From: Eledone cirrhosa
Taxonomy: Eukaryota
Assembly: GCA_964016885.1 (NCBI GenBank)
Contig: OZ024742.1
Span: 67,952,001-68,016,000 of the forward strand
DNA: 64,000 nt
Direction: 5' to 3'
In this document: piece by piece, positions 25,905 through 39,088 of the stretch
How positions within the stretch are numbered: the stretch's first letter is position 1
Layout of the letters: every line of letters starts with the position of its first letter
Notes under the pieces: generated by a model
Database searches by the model: none
Told to the model about the DNA's origin: nothing
Seen by the model: only the letters and a program-made list of their open reading frames with translations
Position numbers and translations under genes: made by a program

Positions 25905-27735
25905 ATAACAAAGGAATTGTGGTAAGGAACCAGATGGACCATAACGCACCAGAGTACTCAATACCTAGTGTAGTAGAGTGGGCAATAGGAAAAGGTATGA
26001 CCTCGACGGCAGAGTTCAAGCCGTTTCGACGGCTATTTCTGCACTAAATTAGAATTTTTAGCCTGGTGAATAAATAGCCGAACTTGTCAAAGGGTACATC
26101 CTTATATGGGAAGATTCTAGTTGTCAAGAGGATTGGTTAAAATTTATTGTAAACATAAATTAGTCTATCATGGCATTTGGTGGGAGGTAGGGGTGGCTTA
26201 CCTTGCCTGTAGAACAATAAGGGAGTGAGTGTAGCGGTCAAGCGTTGAAAGTGATATGCAGATTCTAAGGATAGTGTATGGGGTGGAGGAGGGAGGTTAT
26301 AGAATAGGTAAATCGAATGAGAGTAGGATAAATAAAAGATAATAGAAAGAAATAAAAAGAAATAAAAAATTAGATAATGAGAAATAAATGAAAAAAATCA
26401 CAATGCTATCTTACAATTACAGGTTAATAAGTTGAGATAGAAAGAAAACTTGTAGAAATTGCGTAGTAACAAAACTGATACAAAATTAAAGGGGTTTAAC
26501 ACATCTGCTATAAGTAGTTAGTAAAATGTATTCGGCCAATTCTATTACAGGGGTGGGGTAACTGATGCTACAGAGTCCCGTTGGGCTGCATCGGGGTAGA
26601 CGAAAGGGGAGAGCAGACGAGGAAGAAAATAGGGGGTGGAAGGAAGTGATAGGATGAGACAGGGGGAAGAAGAAGAAGAAGACAAAGAGGAAAAGCAAAG
26701 AGATATATCTACCTATGTAAGCTGGGATTTCCCCTAACTTATTCGGCAAGTGGCCGGTTATCAGCTCTTGTCTACCCACCCGGGTCGTTATGGGGTTTGA
26801 GGGCGAAGTAAATCTCTGGCAATCTGTGTTTGCATACGGTTACCAGTTCGTCTTTCTTGTTTAGGAGTTGGTCCTTCGAAAACAGCATTTGTAATGTTTC
26901 CTCCAGCCATAAGTTACACGGACGGCGTCCTGCCGTGTAGGAGTTAGCTCTGGACAGTAAGCTCTAAGTGAGATTGTAGGTTATATTATTATCTTGGAGG
27001 TCCCAGATGTGACCCGAAAGTGTAGTGGCATGTCGCCAGACCGGGTTTAGGAAAGTATGTCGGTGTTGGTGGAGCCGGGTCTTGAAGTCACACGCGGTTA
27101 ATCCTATATAAGCTTTGTTGGAGGTGTCCGTCACCACGTTGCACTGGTAGATCACGTTATGTTCTCAGCATTTGTTGTTGAGGGGGCACGTAGATCTATC
27201 AGGGCAGTTACATCTCATGGTCGGCTCTCCACTGATGTCTAGGTTATTTCTTCCATAGGGTTGAGTTTTTTGTTGTTTGAGGAGACGATGTTTTGTGCGA
27301 AGTTAGGTGTGGTGCTGTAGGAGAGTTTGATGGTGTTTCTGTTGATTATGTTGTGGTAGCGGTGTTGTGGTGGGAAGTGTTTTTCGAGGAGTCTAAAGAA
27401 GATTTTTTAGGTGTTGCCACCTCGGCATTATAGGGAGGATTGAACCACGTTACCTTGTGTGAGCGGCGATCTCGCCTGCTGGTTCCGCTAAGGGAAGCTC
27501 GATAAAAGGATATTTCCTCCCGGAAGCCACTCTGCTTGAGGGCCTGGTTGTAATGAGGCGCGTGTTCGTCGAATATCTGCGCATTCGCGGACAGACGAGA
27601 TATGCGGAGGGAGATGTTTTTATCCAGGTTATTGGTGATGTTTCTAGGATGGTTAGAGCGGCGGTGGATGTAGTGCAGGTTGTCGTTTGGTTTCCTGTAT
27701 GGGTAGTGCAGATCATTAGGCTGATTTCACCATAG
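25905..27735 (-). mobile_element. 5'-truncated Penelope-like element (thumb, GIY-YIG, 3'UTR)
   Basis: PYRKPNDNLHYIHRRSNHP, WFNPPYN, LLEKHFP..HRYHNIINRNTIKLSYSTTPN, CNC..CPLNNKC and VIYQC..AYIGLTACDFKTRL; frameshifted. Confidence 0.9.
25998..26098 (-). ncRNA. Type-I hammerhead variant (U3-A8) in the PLE 3'UTR
   Basis: acccu UUGACAA g..cggcuauuu...aaauagccg uc GAAA cggc uugaacucu gccg UC gaggu: 5-bp stem III, GUC site, one mismatch in stem I. Confidence 0.6.
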
Positions 27736-28168
27736 GAACAATGCAATAATTCAGCTGTGAAAATTGATAAAAATTAATGACTTCCACAATAATAGTTTAC
27801 GAGGTCTTAAATTTGATAATTAAATTATATTTTTTAGTCTGAGTTGTCATAATTCATGAAAAATCTTTCAAAGTTTTAAATACACATGTAGGTGACGGTT
27901 ACTGGAAAATGTTTGAATACCTTTAAATAATATGTAATCGTAATCTTTATATTTGGTATTGCTTTTTTAAAGATCAAAATGAACAGATATTCCCCCATGT
28001 GAAATCAAGCGGTAAAATCAGAGTTATATTACAGTGCTTGAATTAGAAGGTGTATATATATTTATATATTTATTTACGTATAGCACGGAGCATATGTGCA
28101 TAAACACACATGCACCGTGTTGTATTATGACAGTATTGTTTTAACTCAATGTACAAGAACAGAGCCGT

Positions 28169-28268
28169 TATATGTAAAAGAAACCAAAGAATGCTTACAT
28201 ACTCAAACAGTTTTTGTAAGCAAATAAAATCTGTTTGAATATGTAAGCGTTCTTTGGTTTCTTTTACA

Positions 28269-28272
<4 letters not shown>
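28169..28272. repeat. Hairpin with ~41-bp arms
   Basis: TATGTAAAAGAAACCAAAGAATGCTTACATACTCAAACAG pairs with CTGTTTGAATATGTAAGCGTTCTTTGGTTTCTTTTACATA. Confidence 0.9.
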
Positions 28273-28304
<32 letters not shown>

Positions 28305-28571
28305 TCAAAGCAGATTTACTATCTGCAATTTTGAAGTATGTTGCACAGAAATGAATTCGCCCAGGAGCGTATGTATATCTACTTCATCTCAACCAGAAAA
28401 CAGGCACCGTACTTGCTATTAACTAAAATGTGCGCACTCTGAACTATTGGTTGCAGTTGCATTACTGCAACTTGGCAGATTTATTGAGTGAGCTAGACGT
28501 TAGTCGCGGACCGTTGAGTTAATATCAACGGCCTTCGTTAATAATCTATATAGACAGATATATGTGTGTGT

Positions 28572-28664
<93 letters not shown>

Positions 28665-29077
28665 TGTGTGTAGGAGTGCATGCATGTAAAAACGTAATCA
28701 CCGATCGATAAATAAATTAAAACTGTATTATACTGACAAATTCCTGCATGCCATAACAGAGGATACATGCTTGCAAAAAGTATCAAATTACCTATCCACC
28801 AGCATATTAAAGTATTTGTGTATATATTCTTCCTTTTCTGAAATTATCACCCCTTCTTCTTTTCTTCTTCTTCGTAATTGCTAACAATTATGTTTCCCCC
28901 TTCCCACTGAGAGGCAGATTTCGAAGAAATGAGAACGTATTTTGTATATTTGATTCTCCTTCGTTTACACGCCCAAACAAACAACACACACACACACACC
29001 CATGCTCAGAACACACTACCCCCCCTCTCCGTATATGTGTATGTTTAAAGTATCACTGCAAAGCTAAGGTTCATTAA

Positions 29078-29785
29078 GGCAACACCAGTCGACTTATCTG
29101 ATGCGATAAAAGAATTAATTCCTCCATTAGAATAAAGGCATTGAAGAAATTGAGATAAACACCATATATAGACTGGGTGTATGCCAGCTATAGTATATAA
29201 CAACAACAAAGAAGTATATCAAAATATCAAAATGAAAAAGAATGTCTTACCCGGATCGTCACTGTTTCTGATGCCCCTTATGTTGTTCAGTTACGAGTTA
29301 AGAGTGTGCGTTCGCATTTCCTAAATACATACAAACTGTTAGTACGCAATTACGACAGGAAGCATCTTCATCAGCATTCTTTCGATTTATATCGTACTTC
29401 GAATATGGTATTAACATACTACCAAGCACTGCAGTACAGCAGTAGAACAGTCATGTAGTATCGCGTGATCTTAAAACAGGAAGGAAAGTTAATATCATTG
29501 AAGCAGGAATTATTAGTGAAGATATTCACTCAAACTCAAATTAATCTTTCAAAGTAATTTTCTTATCAAGGAGAATAAAATTATTTCAAGTATCACATCG
29601 AAACTGAAACTGCAATAGGGCAACACCAGTCGAATTATCTAAAGTAGTCCCTATACAACCAATGATGCGAGAAATGAATTAATTCTCCCATCAGAGTGTA
29701 CACATTAAGATATTCGAAATATAAACCATGAATAATAAATATAGACAGGGTGTATGACTACTATAGTATATAACAACAACGACGA
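29078..29785 (-). repeat. Diverged direct repeat (period ~540 bp) enclosing an HHR-like motif at 29237-29382
   Basis: GGCAACACCAGTCGA.TTATCT...TATAGAC.GGGTGTATG...CTATAGTATATAACAACAAC occurs twice. The minus strand reads aaagaaug CUGAUGA a gaugcuuc...ggggcauc a GAAA ... cauucuuu. Confidence 0.65.
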
Positions 29786-29843
29786 ATACCAAATTATATA
29801 TGCATATGTATATATATGTATGTATATATGTATATATATATAT

Positions 29844-29945
<102 letters not shown>

Positions 29946-30078
29946 GTGAGGTTTTTTTTTACAAATTGAAAAATAACCGAGGTGTCCTACACGTGTGAAA
30001 GTATAAAGAAAAAAAGATGAAATCGAAAATGCAACTGGAGTCTTATTTTTTTTTTTAAATATATATATTTATTTGGTT

Positions 30079-30116
30079 CCTTTACCGGTTTCGCAGTTCT
30101 TCTGCTTTTCAAAAGG
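30079..30116 (-). ncRNA. Minimal type-I hammerhead, U3-A8 variant
   Basis: ccuu UUGAAAA gcag aagaa cugc GAAA ccg GUA aagg: all stems pair, and stem III ACCGGU is palindromic. Confidence 0.75.
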
Positions 30117-31202
30117 TGAGTTGAGATGGAGGGTCTGTGGTTTTTCTCACATATATATATATACGCACATATGCATATCTACGTGTGGGGGTGCACGTGT
30201 GTGTGTACCCACGTGTGTGTGTACCCATGTGTGTGTGTCGTGAATAAAAAATATTGAAATCATGTTTATGGTAGATCTTCAATGTTTCCATATATTCAAT
30301 GGAGTATTAGATGATCATAATGTGGATATAATATGCATGATGGACGTAAGAAGCATCGTGGTGGTGGTTGTTTTGGTGGTGGTGGTAGATGTGGTGGTGT
30401 TGGCGTGATGTTGGTAATGGTGAGGATGGGAGAGGTGATCGTTGTTGTGAAAATAGGGAGGAAGTTGGGGATGATAATAATCATGAGGATCGTGTTAGGA
30501 TGGAGGAGGAGAACAGGATTTTGAGGAAGTAAAAGAAGATATAATTAACTGGTCCCACCCTCTTACCAAATTTAGGGAAAGTTGTCCTTGGTCCCTGCAT
30601 ATAAGAAAAGATGCGAAGGTTTCAGATAAAATATTTTGATCATTTTTCTTCTCAATCGGCGTTGAAGTGTGACTAAATAAGCACAATAACAATATCATTT
30701 AGCTATCCAGTTAATGGAGGGATATCTACGTACAATGTTTGTTGTATCTCTTAAATAATTGTTTCTAATTTTGGCACAAGGCCAGCAATTATCCAGTGTA
30801 TTACCCCGTAAGGATGAAAGGCAAAGTTAACCTCGGAGGGATTTGTATCTATTAAATAATGTTTCCATGTATGGTAAATGTGCCCTCGTTATATTACTCC
30901 TAACATTATAGTCATTATCATGAGAAGTCATCCATTTCATATGCATGAAATGTGTCTTTCGATCGTTATATATTCACACATTCGGCAATTCTATTTGACA
31001 TGTTCTATCTAGATTAGATTGATATAACAATAAAGCAGCAATATTTTCTCACAATATTCAATGTCTTCGTCTGAAATGTCACTCTTAATTGTTACCGTTA
31101 ATTCATCACTTCCACAACGAAATGTTATCCTCATGCAAACCCAGATATTATGGTAATGAGGAATCTCAAAAACATACCAATAAGCTTAAGCTAGCACAAG
31201 GT

Positions 31203-31985
31203 ATAATAATAATAATAATAATAATAATGAAATTATTGTGTACAGTGCTCAGGTGCACTACAACTCATCAAAGGTGCATGTATAGTACATAGAATAATGT
31301 ACAAATGTCAGGAAAATGAACAGTGTACGAGTCATGATATAATAACAATAACAATAATGAAATTTGTGTACAGTGCCCAGGTGCACCACAACTCATCAAA
31401 AGAGTGCATGTACATAGGGCAATGCACAAACATCAGTCAAATGAACAGTGCACGAGTCATGATACACACATGTGTGCATGTGCATGGAAGGGGTACATCA
31501 GGTGTAGTTTTGGCGTATTTCGGGAAGCATGAGTGTCTTAAAGGATGCAGTGTCTCGGCAGCTAACAATTGACGCAGGCAGTTTGTTCCATGCTTCAGCA
31601 ACTCTGAGCGTGAAAAAATGTCTACGAAAGTCATGGGAGCTGTGCTGTTTTCTGATCTTGTAGGCATGTCCACGTGTGTTAGACACATGGACATCAAAGA
31701 GGCGCTCAGGGTTGCAATTGGCGAGATGGTTAAAAACTTTGTGGGTATTCACCAAGTCCATTGCCAGACGTCGGAGCTTCAATGAATCCATGCCCAGGGA
31801 AGCAAGGCGTTCAGAGTATGGTAGGTGTCTGATGGAGGGTATGCGCTTGGTTGCACGTCTCTGAACAGTTTCCAGGAGGTCAATGTTCTGAGCAAGATAG
31901 GGGTTCCAGACTGATGATGCGAACTCCAAGTGTGGTCGCACCATAGCTGTATACAGTGTTAAACAGATGGCTGGATAGCGGCTAT
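31203..31985 (-). mobile_element. CR1/L2-group LINE 3' fragment with duplicated 3' end and (TTA)n tail
   Basis: ORF 31498-31944 reads VRPHLEFASSVWNP..LETVQRRATK..YSERL..TRGH.YKI..FFTLRVAEAWNKLP. 3'UTR units lie at 31227-31339 and 31357-31463. Confidence 0.9.
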
Positions 31986-34234
31986 GTACACCAAGAAAAC
32001 AATATCATATTTCCACTTTCTTAAACATGAACAACATGCAAATCGAATTCTCATGTTCACTACAAATGTTACGATTTAACTTTCACTGGGTATCTCTTCT
32101 GACAAATGCACAGCCTTAAATTAGCAAACCCTGACCTTCCTCATCGGCAGAAAATAATTCGGCAGTCAACAATAAGAAACCCTTTACAAATTTCAAATAA
32201 GAGACATAATGGGATACACTATGCATTTATAAAATGGGGATTATGACGTGCTGTTCTTAACGCTGCTACATGTCCAGGCATCCTAGACAAAATTCAAACA
32301 AAGAACAAGTAATTGGCAGGAAGTGGCTCTCAAACAGCCACAGCTTTAGCCAATATATGTTTACTTTTCTATCCCTTTTATTCCAAATCAGACCTTATGA
32401 AGGAGATGTATGATTAATAGACATTCCAGCCCAAAACATCTTGTCTGTAGTTTTGTTTTTAAGATACAGTAATATACCAATATGCAGTAATATACTAATA
32501 TCGAATCTAATGAGTCCATTTAAATAAGGTAAAGGAATTTTTTAAGAAAGATTTGACTGATATTTCTAGCGTATTGATGAACCTATTAGTTGATTTTCTT
32601 TTTGTCAACCCTATCCATGTTTCCCCGCAAACATTAACATAGACCTGTTCAATAGCAGTTCTTTTCCTTTCAAGTGTGAATTTACAGCTGTTAAACTATT
32701 ATAATCTCGCCAGACAGGAAGGGACCGGCAAATCAATGAAGACAGCCTCTTCCTCGAACTCCAAGCCACACATATAACACAACAAATATATATGTACATC
32801 ATGTTTATATTTAGTTACAGTATGACTGAATTGCAAAATTTGATTCATTTAAGTTGTTTCGCCGATTTTGATAATCCTGTGTGTTGTACATCTCTTTGGG
32901 GTATAAGTACTTCATTATGTAAATATTCCTTTCTTCCCAAATTCTTTAATTCGTAAAATATGCCAATTTCTATAAGTTCGACCTGAAAGAAATGAGGCAA
33001 TTTAAAATGACAATTGAGAAGAATGAGTGGTCCAGAAATGAGTATGTAATTATATATTGCACCCCACTGCTTTGTAAGACATGGAATGTCGTCTAATATT
33101 TACGAAGAGCTTACCATTAACACAAACATGTTTAAAACTTTGCTAGGTAGCGATATGAGATTCTTTTACATCTCCTTCAATTCACTCACCTATTAACATT
33201 CTTTTAATGTGAGAGACCTACAAAAATGTTTTCTTTAATCTTGGTATAAATATTTCTGTTTAACGTATTTCTTAAGAATTTAAAAACAATCTGTGCCTTA
33301 TGTATTCCATTGACTAAATATATCATACTTTAAAACTTAACGCACAAAGAATGAAAGAACACTTTCCCGGATACACACTGGAAACCATTCAAAACAGCTT
33401 TAGTTCTTACCAAAAGCGAGATACGCGTTTACTAATTCTTCTGAACGTAGGCGATTTTCATTTCGCTCTTATCCTACTCGCATAAAAGTAAATTGTAATA
33501 CATGGTGTAACCTAGCTGACTCCTTTGAAAATGCATCTAGCTTGCCGATCTCAGGATTTATCGAACTTACTCTTCTAACACTGAAACGTTTTGCTTGTTT
33601 TTGTTGTTTTTTTTTTGTGCTTTTTTCTGAAATCAACTTCATGCTATTGTATGAAGCTTTCATACTGGCAGCGAAAGCAGTGGTTAGAGGAAGCAATTTA
33701 CTTCCGTTAGCTCATAACTATCATGTTCCTTCAAAGACGTTGCAGTAGACTCAAACAGTTTAATCTCGGAAGGAACAGCAGATTTTCTCAGCCAATTTTA
33801 AAGATGAAATCAGATTGGGTCATTTGGATTCTCCTTTGTGACAATAGAAATGGTTCAGTGGAAGGATAAGTTGCCTGGGAAATTTGATTAGAAGCTTTAT
33901 CATTTTCCCTATATGTTTCAATCTTTTTCTCTTCACTTATAATGATGTGCTCAAGAGAATTTTCTACGGGGTTTGAACCATGTGAGGGACAGAGTTCATT
34001 GAAGACGAAGAGGTAAGGTATTTAATTAAGTTCTTTGATTGGTAATTTTTTAATTTTTTAGTCAGAAGTTTGATATAAGATTCTGCTACTTTAGCCAATA
34101 TTATCATATCAGCATTTTCCAAACTGCTACCATAGAGGAATATATTGTACTCATTTTACCTAAAGCTACCTACAAAATATATAAATATAAACATCTATCA
34201 AATTTACACAAGCAAACATATATATATATATATA

Positions 34235-34340
<106 letters not shown>

Positions 34341-35548
34341 CATACATATATGTAGAAATGTGTGCACACACACAGGCAGAACCATATGTTTCTATGTATG
34401 TGAGAAGTTATATGCAATGTATTATTGAATATGTATTAATGTCTGTTAGTTTGTATATATGTGCGAGTATGTTTATATCAGCTTGTATGTATGTTTATGT
34501 GAGTGTGTGTGTATGTGCATGCGCGTGTCGGTGTTTATGCGCGCGCGCCCAATTACCGATATCTACATACATGCTTCAAAACATGACCCTACAAACGGTT
34601 TTTCAGTTTATCCTTTGAAACAAAATTTCTATAGTCATGAAAGCAAAACGATTTTAAAACATGCGCCAGGCAACAAAACCACGAAAATTACTAACCACGA
34701 CAACACCAGCAACAACTCAATCAACAATGCCCACAACAACATGAACAGCAGTAGCAATGACGCCAACAACAACTAAATAAGAAACGACTGTGAATATAGT
34801 GAAAAATAGAGTAGCCCTACAAGTGGATCAAACGATAAAGTGATAAAAATGCCTTAAATCAAAGGAAAGCGTAAAATTTTTTGCGGTAACCGTCTTTAAT
34901 TCTTCTGTTCTTTTCGTCTCTCAAGTATAACAAACTATCGTGTCGATCGGTATACAAGTCTTAAGATAAAAAGTAAGAAATTGATTTGTACAGTTTTATT
35001 ATTGCGATAGAATGACGGTTGAGGCAGTTTCAATAGAATCCTTTTATCAGACATTAGGGCTGGTACATTGTACACCAAATACATTATTTTTTTAACTTAT
35101 AACCTTATTGATATGATTCAGTGAACTGTTTATGTCGATATAACTGCAAACCATCTTATTGGATCTATCATCTCCAGTTTTCCGTCTCCAACGAACATTC
35201 ATATAGGCGCATATACGTTTATACTTCTGCATTCAGACCAACGTTTCGTTTTAAACGCATATTTAGAAAGACATATGTATCTCCATAGATATCTATCACT
35301 AGTACAAAGATACAAGTGTATGGAGTAAAACATACTTAATAGAGGATTTTGCACTAAAAAACACAAGCATTTAAATATACATGAAACTAAATACATATTC
35401 GATTTTGAAACAATTCTCACTTATATAAACACAGATGTAAAAGTAAATAAGCAAATAAATATATATACATGGATGTATATATATATATTTGTGTGTGTGT
35501 CTGTGTGTGGGGGGGGGGTGTATACATATGTGTATGCATGTGTATATA

Positions 35549-36815
35549 CGGGGAGGGTTTCAAAAGATCCGTGGAAAAAGTACATAGCTAAAGGTCTTAT
35601 GCAGGGAATTTAATCTCAATGCACCTGTACGTTCTCATAACATATTCTAACATGAACCCTTAAATACATGTTACAACGTGGCGCCGCCTATCGGAAGTCA
35701 GCACCCACTCAAGCAACATGGTTTCTATCAAAATTGAGGCCAAGACAAACATCAAATTGGTGGTAAATCTAGGGTGGAATACCAGCCAAATCTTTGACGC
35801 TCTGGATCAAGTTTATGGGGACAATGCCCCCAAAGAAATCAACAACCTATAAATGGTTAACTTGTTGTAGAAGTGGAAGAGGTGAGGTTGAAGGTGATCC
35901 CCGCAGTGGCAGGCCATCCACATCAGTCTGTGTGGAAAACATCGATGCTGTTTGCGACCTAATTGAAAAGGATAGGCCAATAACCATTGAATCAGCAGTC
36001 GATACGTTAAGTGTTTTCGTGGATTCTGCATACGCAATTCTGGTAGAGAGTTTATTGTTGAGCAAGCTTTCTGCTCCATGGATCCCAAAGCTGTTGTGCC
36101 CAGATCAGGAAACAAAGACACATATTTCGATGGAAATTCTGAACAAGGGGGATGAAGACCATGAAGCTTTGTTACCGGGAATGAAATGTGGCTCTACCAT
36201 TACGATATCGATGACCAAACACAATTGAAGCATTGGCTGCCCAGGGGTGTTAGTGAGTCGGTCAAGGTTAAATCGGAACATTAATGAGAGAAGGTCATGG
36301 CCACTGTCTTATGTGATGCAGAGGGGATTTTGCTGCTTGCCTTGCTCAAGAACAAGAGAACAGTTACAACTGCATATTATGAAGCCTTTTTAGTAAACTG
36401 GCGAAAAATTCACAGGAAAATGCCCGGGGAAGCTGCATCGGCGCGTCTCTTCCAGCACAACAATGTACCCGCTCACGCGCTTGGCAAACACGAGCTGTTT
36501 TACGCGTAGTTCGACAGAAAATCATCTGACACCCACTTTTCAGTCCCGATTTAGCCCCATCTGCCTTCTTTTTGTTTCCAAACCTCAAAGCATTATCGGA
36601 AGGTACCTACTTTCCATCAATAAAAGATGTAAATAACGCTGCTTTGACATGGTTTAAATCGCATGGCCCCCAGATTTATACATATGGGCTTAAAGGCTCG
36701 TATCAACACTTGCAGAAGTGTGCTGACCTAAATGGAGCATATATTGAAAAATAAACATAATTTAAACCATTTTTCCAACTGTCCTTTTCCCCACGAACTT
36801 TTTGAAGCCGCCTCG
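35549..36815 (+). mobile_element. Full-length decayed mariner transposon (~1.27 kb) with TA TSD
   Basis: Imperfect TIRs CGGGGAGGGTTTCAAAAGATCCGTGGAAAAAG / CTTTTCCCCACGAACTTTTTGAAGCCGCCTCG flanked by TA. Transposase remnants 35718-36754 include DPRSGRP, WIPKLL, HNNVPAH and FSPDLAPS. Confidence 0.92.
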
Positions 36816-37734
36816 TATATATATATAAATAAAACTTCCACGATGGGAAGACATTTGTAATTGTATGACAGGCTGAATGAGTTGAGGTGAATAAACCAAG
36901 GAAACTTGGTGTGTGTGCGTGTATAATAACAACAGAAGGCCGGACTGGAAGATATGCTTCAACATTTTCATTCCGTGAAATCAACATACATATTTCAATG
37001 GCCTATCTCCATCATCCAAAAATGATGCAAGACAGGACGATCTCATCAAGTAACTTCGACAGAATTACATAACAGGGTTACGCTGAACCCAAACATATGG
37101 AAGATAAGGAAAAGAGAATAGGAAATTGAAAAAGGAAAATTCGACCCGGAGTCTGATTTTTAAAAAAATTGTTATATTACGAGAAGGCAGTCCCCGAATG
37201 TTGCTAGATCTTCTAATGTCTAGATGATCTATTAGAATTCGAGGGCTGCTTTCTCACAATACAACAGACTGTTGTGGATTCCACCATCCTCACCACTAAT
37301 TGATTTGACAGGTGATACCAAAGCCTGACAATACAGCCACTTAATGAAATCTCTTTGTTTACTTAGAATAAATGAACCGTAAAGGATGTATGGGTGTCAG
37401 TATGTATGTGTGTTTATAAGTATTTAAATGTGAATGTGAACCATGCATTTTATGTGTCATTGTATTAATGCTTATATTTCTAAAATAGTTTTTTTGAAAG
37501 AATTCCTTTTTTTCAGAATCCCTCTACCCATCCGCAAAATCACCAACTTCCCCAACCATCAGAAAACATATAAATACCACCGTATTACAATGCCAGTTGG
37601 ATTTCCTGATGTTTTCCTTCGAATGAAATAGTTCTATTCCTGTAGAAGCCATTTCTATATTAAATTTGTTTTTTACACTCTATTAATATATTGAGTAACT
37701 TACTTGCTGTAGTTAGTCCCGATTGAACCAGGGA

Positions 37735-37783
<49 letters not shown>

Positions 37784-38104
37784 GTGTGTGTGTGTGTATA
37801 GTGAGAAAGAGAGAGAAACAGAGAAAGAGAGATAGACTTGCATGTTTTGAGATAATAGTTAGTTTCAAAGAAAACAGCTGGTGATATTTTGTTACGGCAC
37901 TTTACATTATGAATTCAATTTCCTCTCTTGCAAATTGTCTTCTCCCTCACGAAAGTCGATAAAATAAGTACCAGAATACTCTAGTAAAAATTTGACGGCG
38001 GTGCTCCAGTACGGAGATGAATACTTTACATATACACATTTACTATAACCTATAATTAAGCGATATACGCTTTAGTCAATTATAGATTATAATCCATAAT
38101 TATT

Positions 38105-38150
38105 ACTTCACACATATGCTACAATAATTATTGTAGCATATGTGTGAAGT
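38105..38150. repeat. Perfect 46-bp palindrome with no spacer
   Basis: ACTTCACACATATGCTACAATAA|TTATTGTAGCATATGTGTGAAGT. Confidence 0.95.
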
Positions 38151-38587
38151 GATAAAGATAACATTCCTTTGTGCAGGGATCCAGTATATCAGAAATGTCG
38201 TTTCGAGCTGAAATATATAGAAATCACTGCCCTCATCTCTAGATACAAACAACCTAGTTGATCGCAGAAAGCATGAGGTTACCGTTAAATTAGTTATTTC
38301 AGTGGCACACAGAATGTATCAAGTGACCTCTAAAATGCTGTCTGTGTTCATATTTGAAGGATCAGGGATTTACAACCGAGATTTTTAAAAAGGATATAAT
38401 TATATCTATCTTAATTCTGTCTTTATTGTGTCCTTAATTATTGCCTGTGATAGACAAGATATCGTTCCACTACAGTGCTGTTTTTATAGCTTTATATATT
38501 CCTTGGAATATGTGTGTGTATAGATATATAGATATATTAATAGAGAGGGTGAGAGAAAGATTAATAAATAGATTAATAGATAGATAT

Positions 38588-38782
38588 CTTTCTTTATTTG
38601 CCACAAGGGTGTACAAAAAAGGGACATTACAAGACGTGATGGCGGGGGTTTTACATAAAAATCATATAACTTTAATATAACAATAAACTATATATAAAAT
38701 AACAATCCCCCAGTAGGAAGAACGTTATGGAGTGATTGTTTTACACCCGTAGATAGAACAGCCTCAACACCAGGAGCACGTT
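38588..38782 (-). mobile_element. Tx1 copy T0: 3'UTR only
   Basis: Colinear with the 3'UTR of T2 (TTTCTTTATTTGCCAC...GATAGAACA.CCTCAAC.CCAGGAGC). It lies between a degenerate and a perfect GATA array. Confidence 0.8.

Positions 38783-38824
<42 letters not shown>
38783..38824. repeat. (GATA)n array
   Basis: Direct reading. Confidence 0.97.
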
Positions 38825-39088
38825 TGTTTCTTTTATTTGCCACCAGGGCATCAAAAGTGGGACAAGTACAAAGGGGGGAGTTTACACAAAAAGGCGTCCT
38901 CAATAAGGAGGAGGCAATAACAAAATATAAAAATAAAATAAAATATAACAAAAAATAAAATTTATAACAAAATCCTCAATAGAGAGGAGGCGCCTTGGGG
39001 GGTCGCACACACCCCCGAAAAAAGTGTGCAACCCTTTTCCTCAGGAGCACAGAGAGGGGGTGCTCCCTCGTTCCTTCCTCCTTTCCAC

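Noticed and set aside
28493-28548. HHR-like motif TTAACGA-stem-GCGA-ctaacGTC on the minus strand
   Set aside because: Several catalytic core positions are altered; at most a decayed relic.
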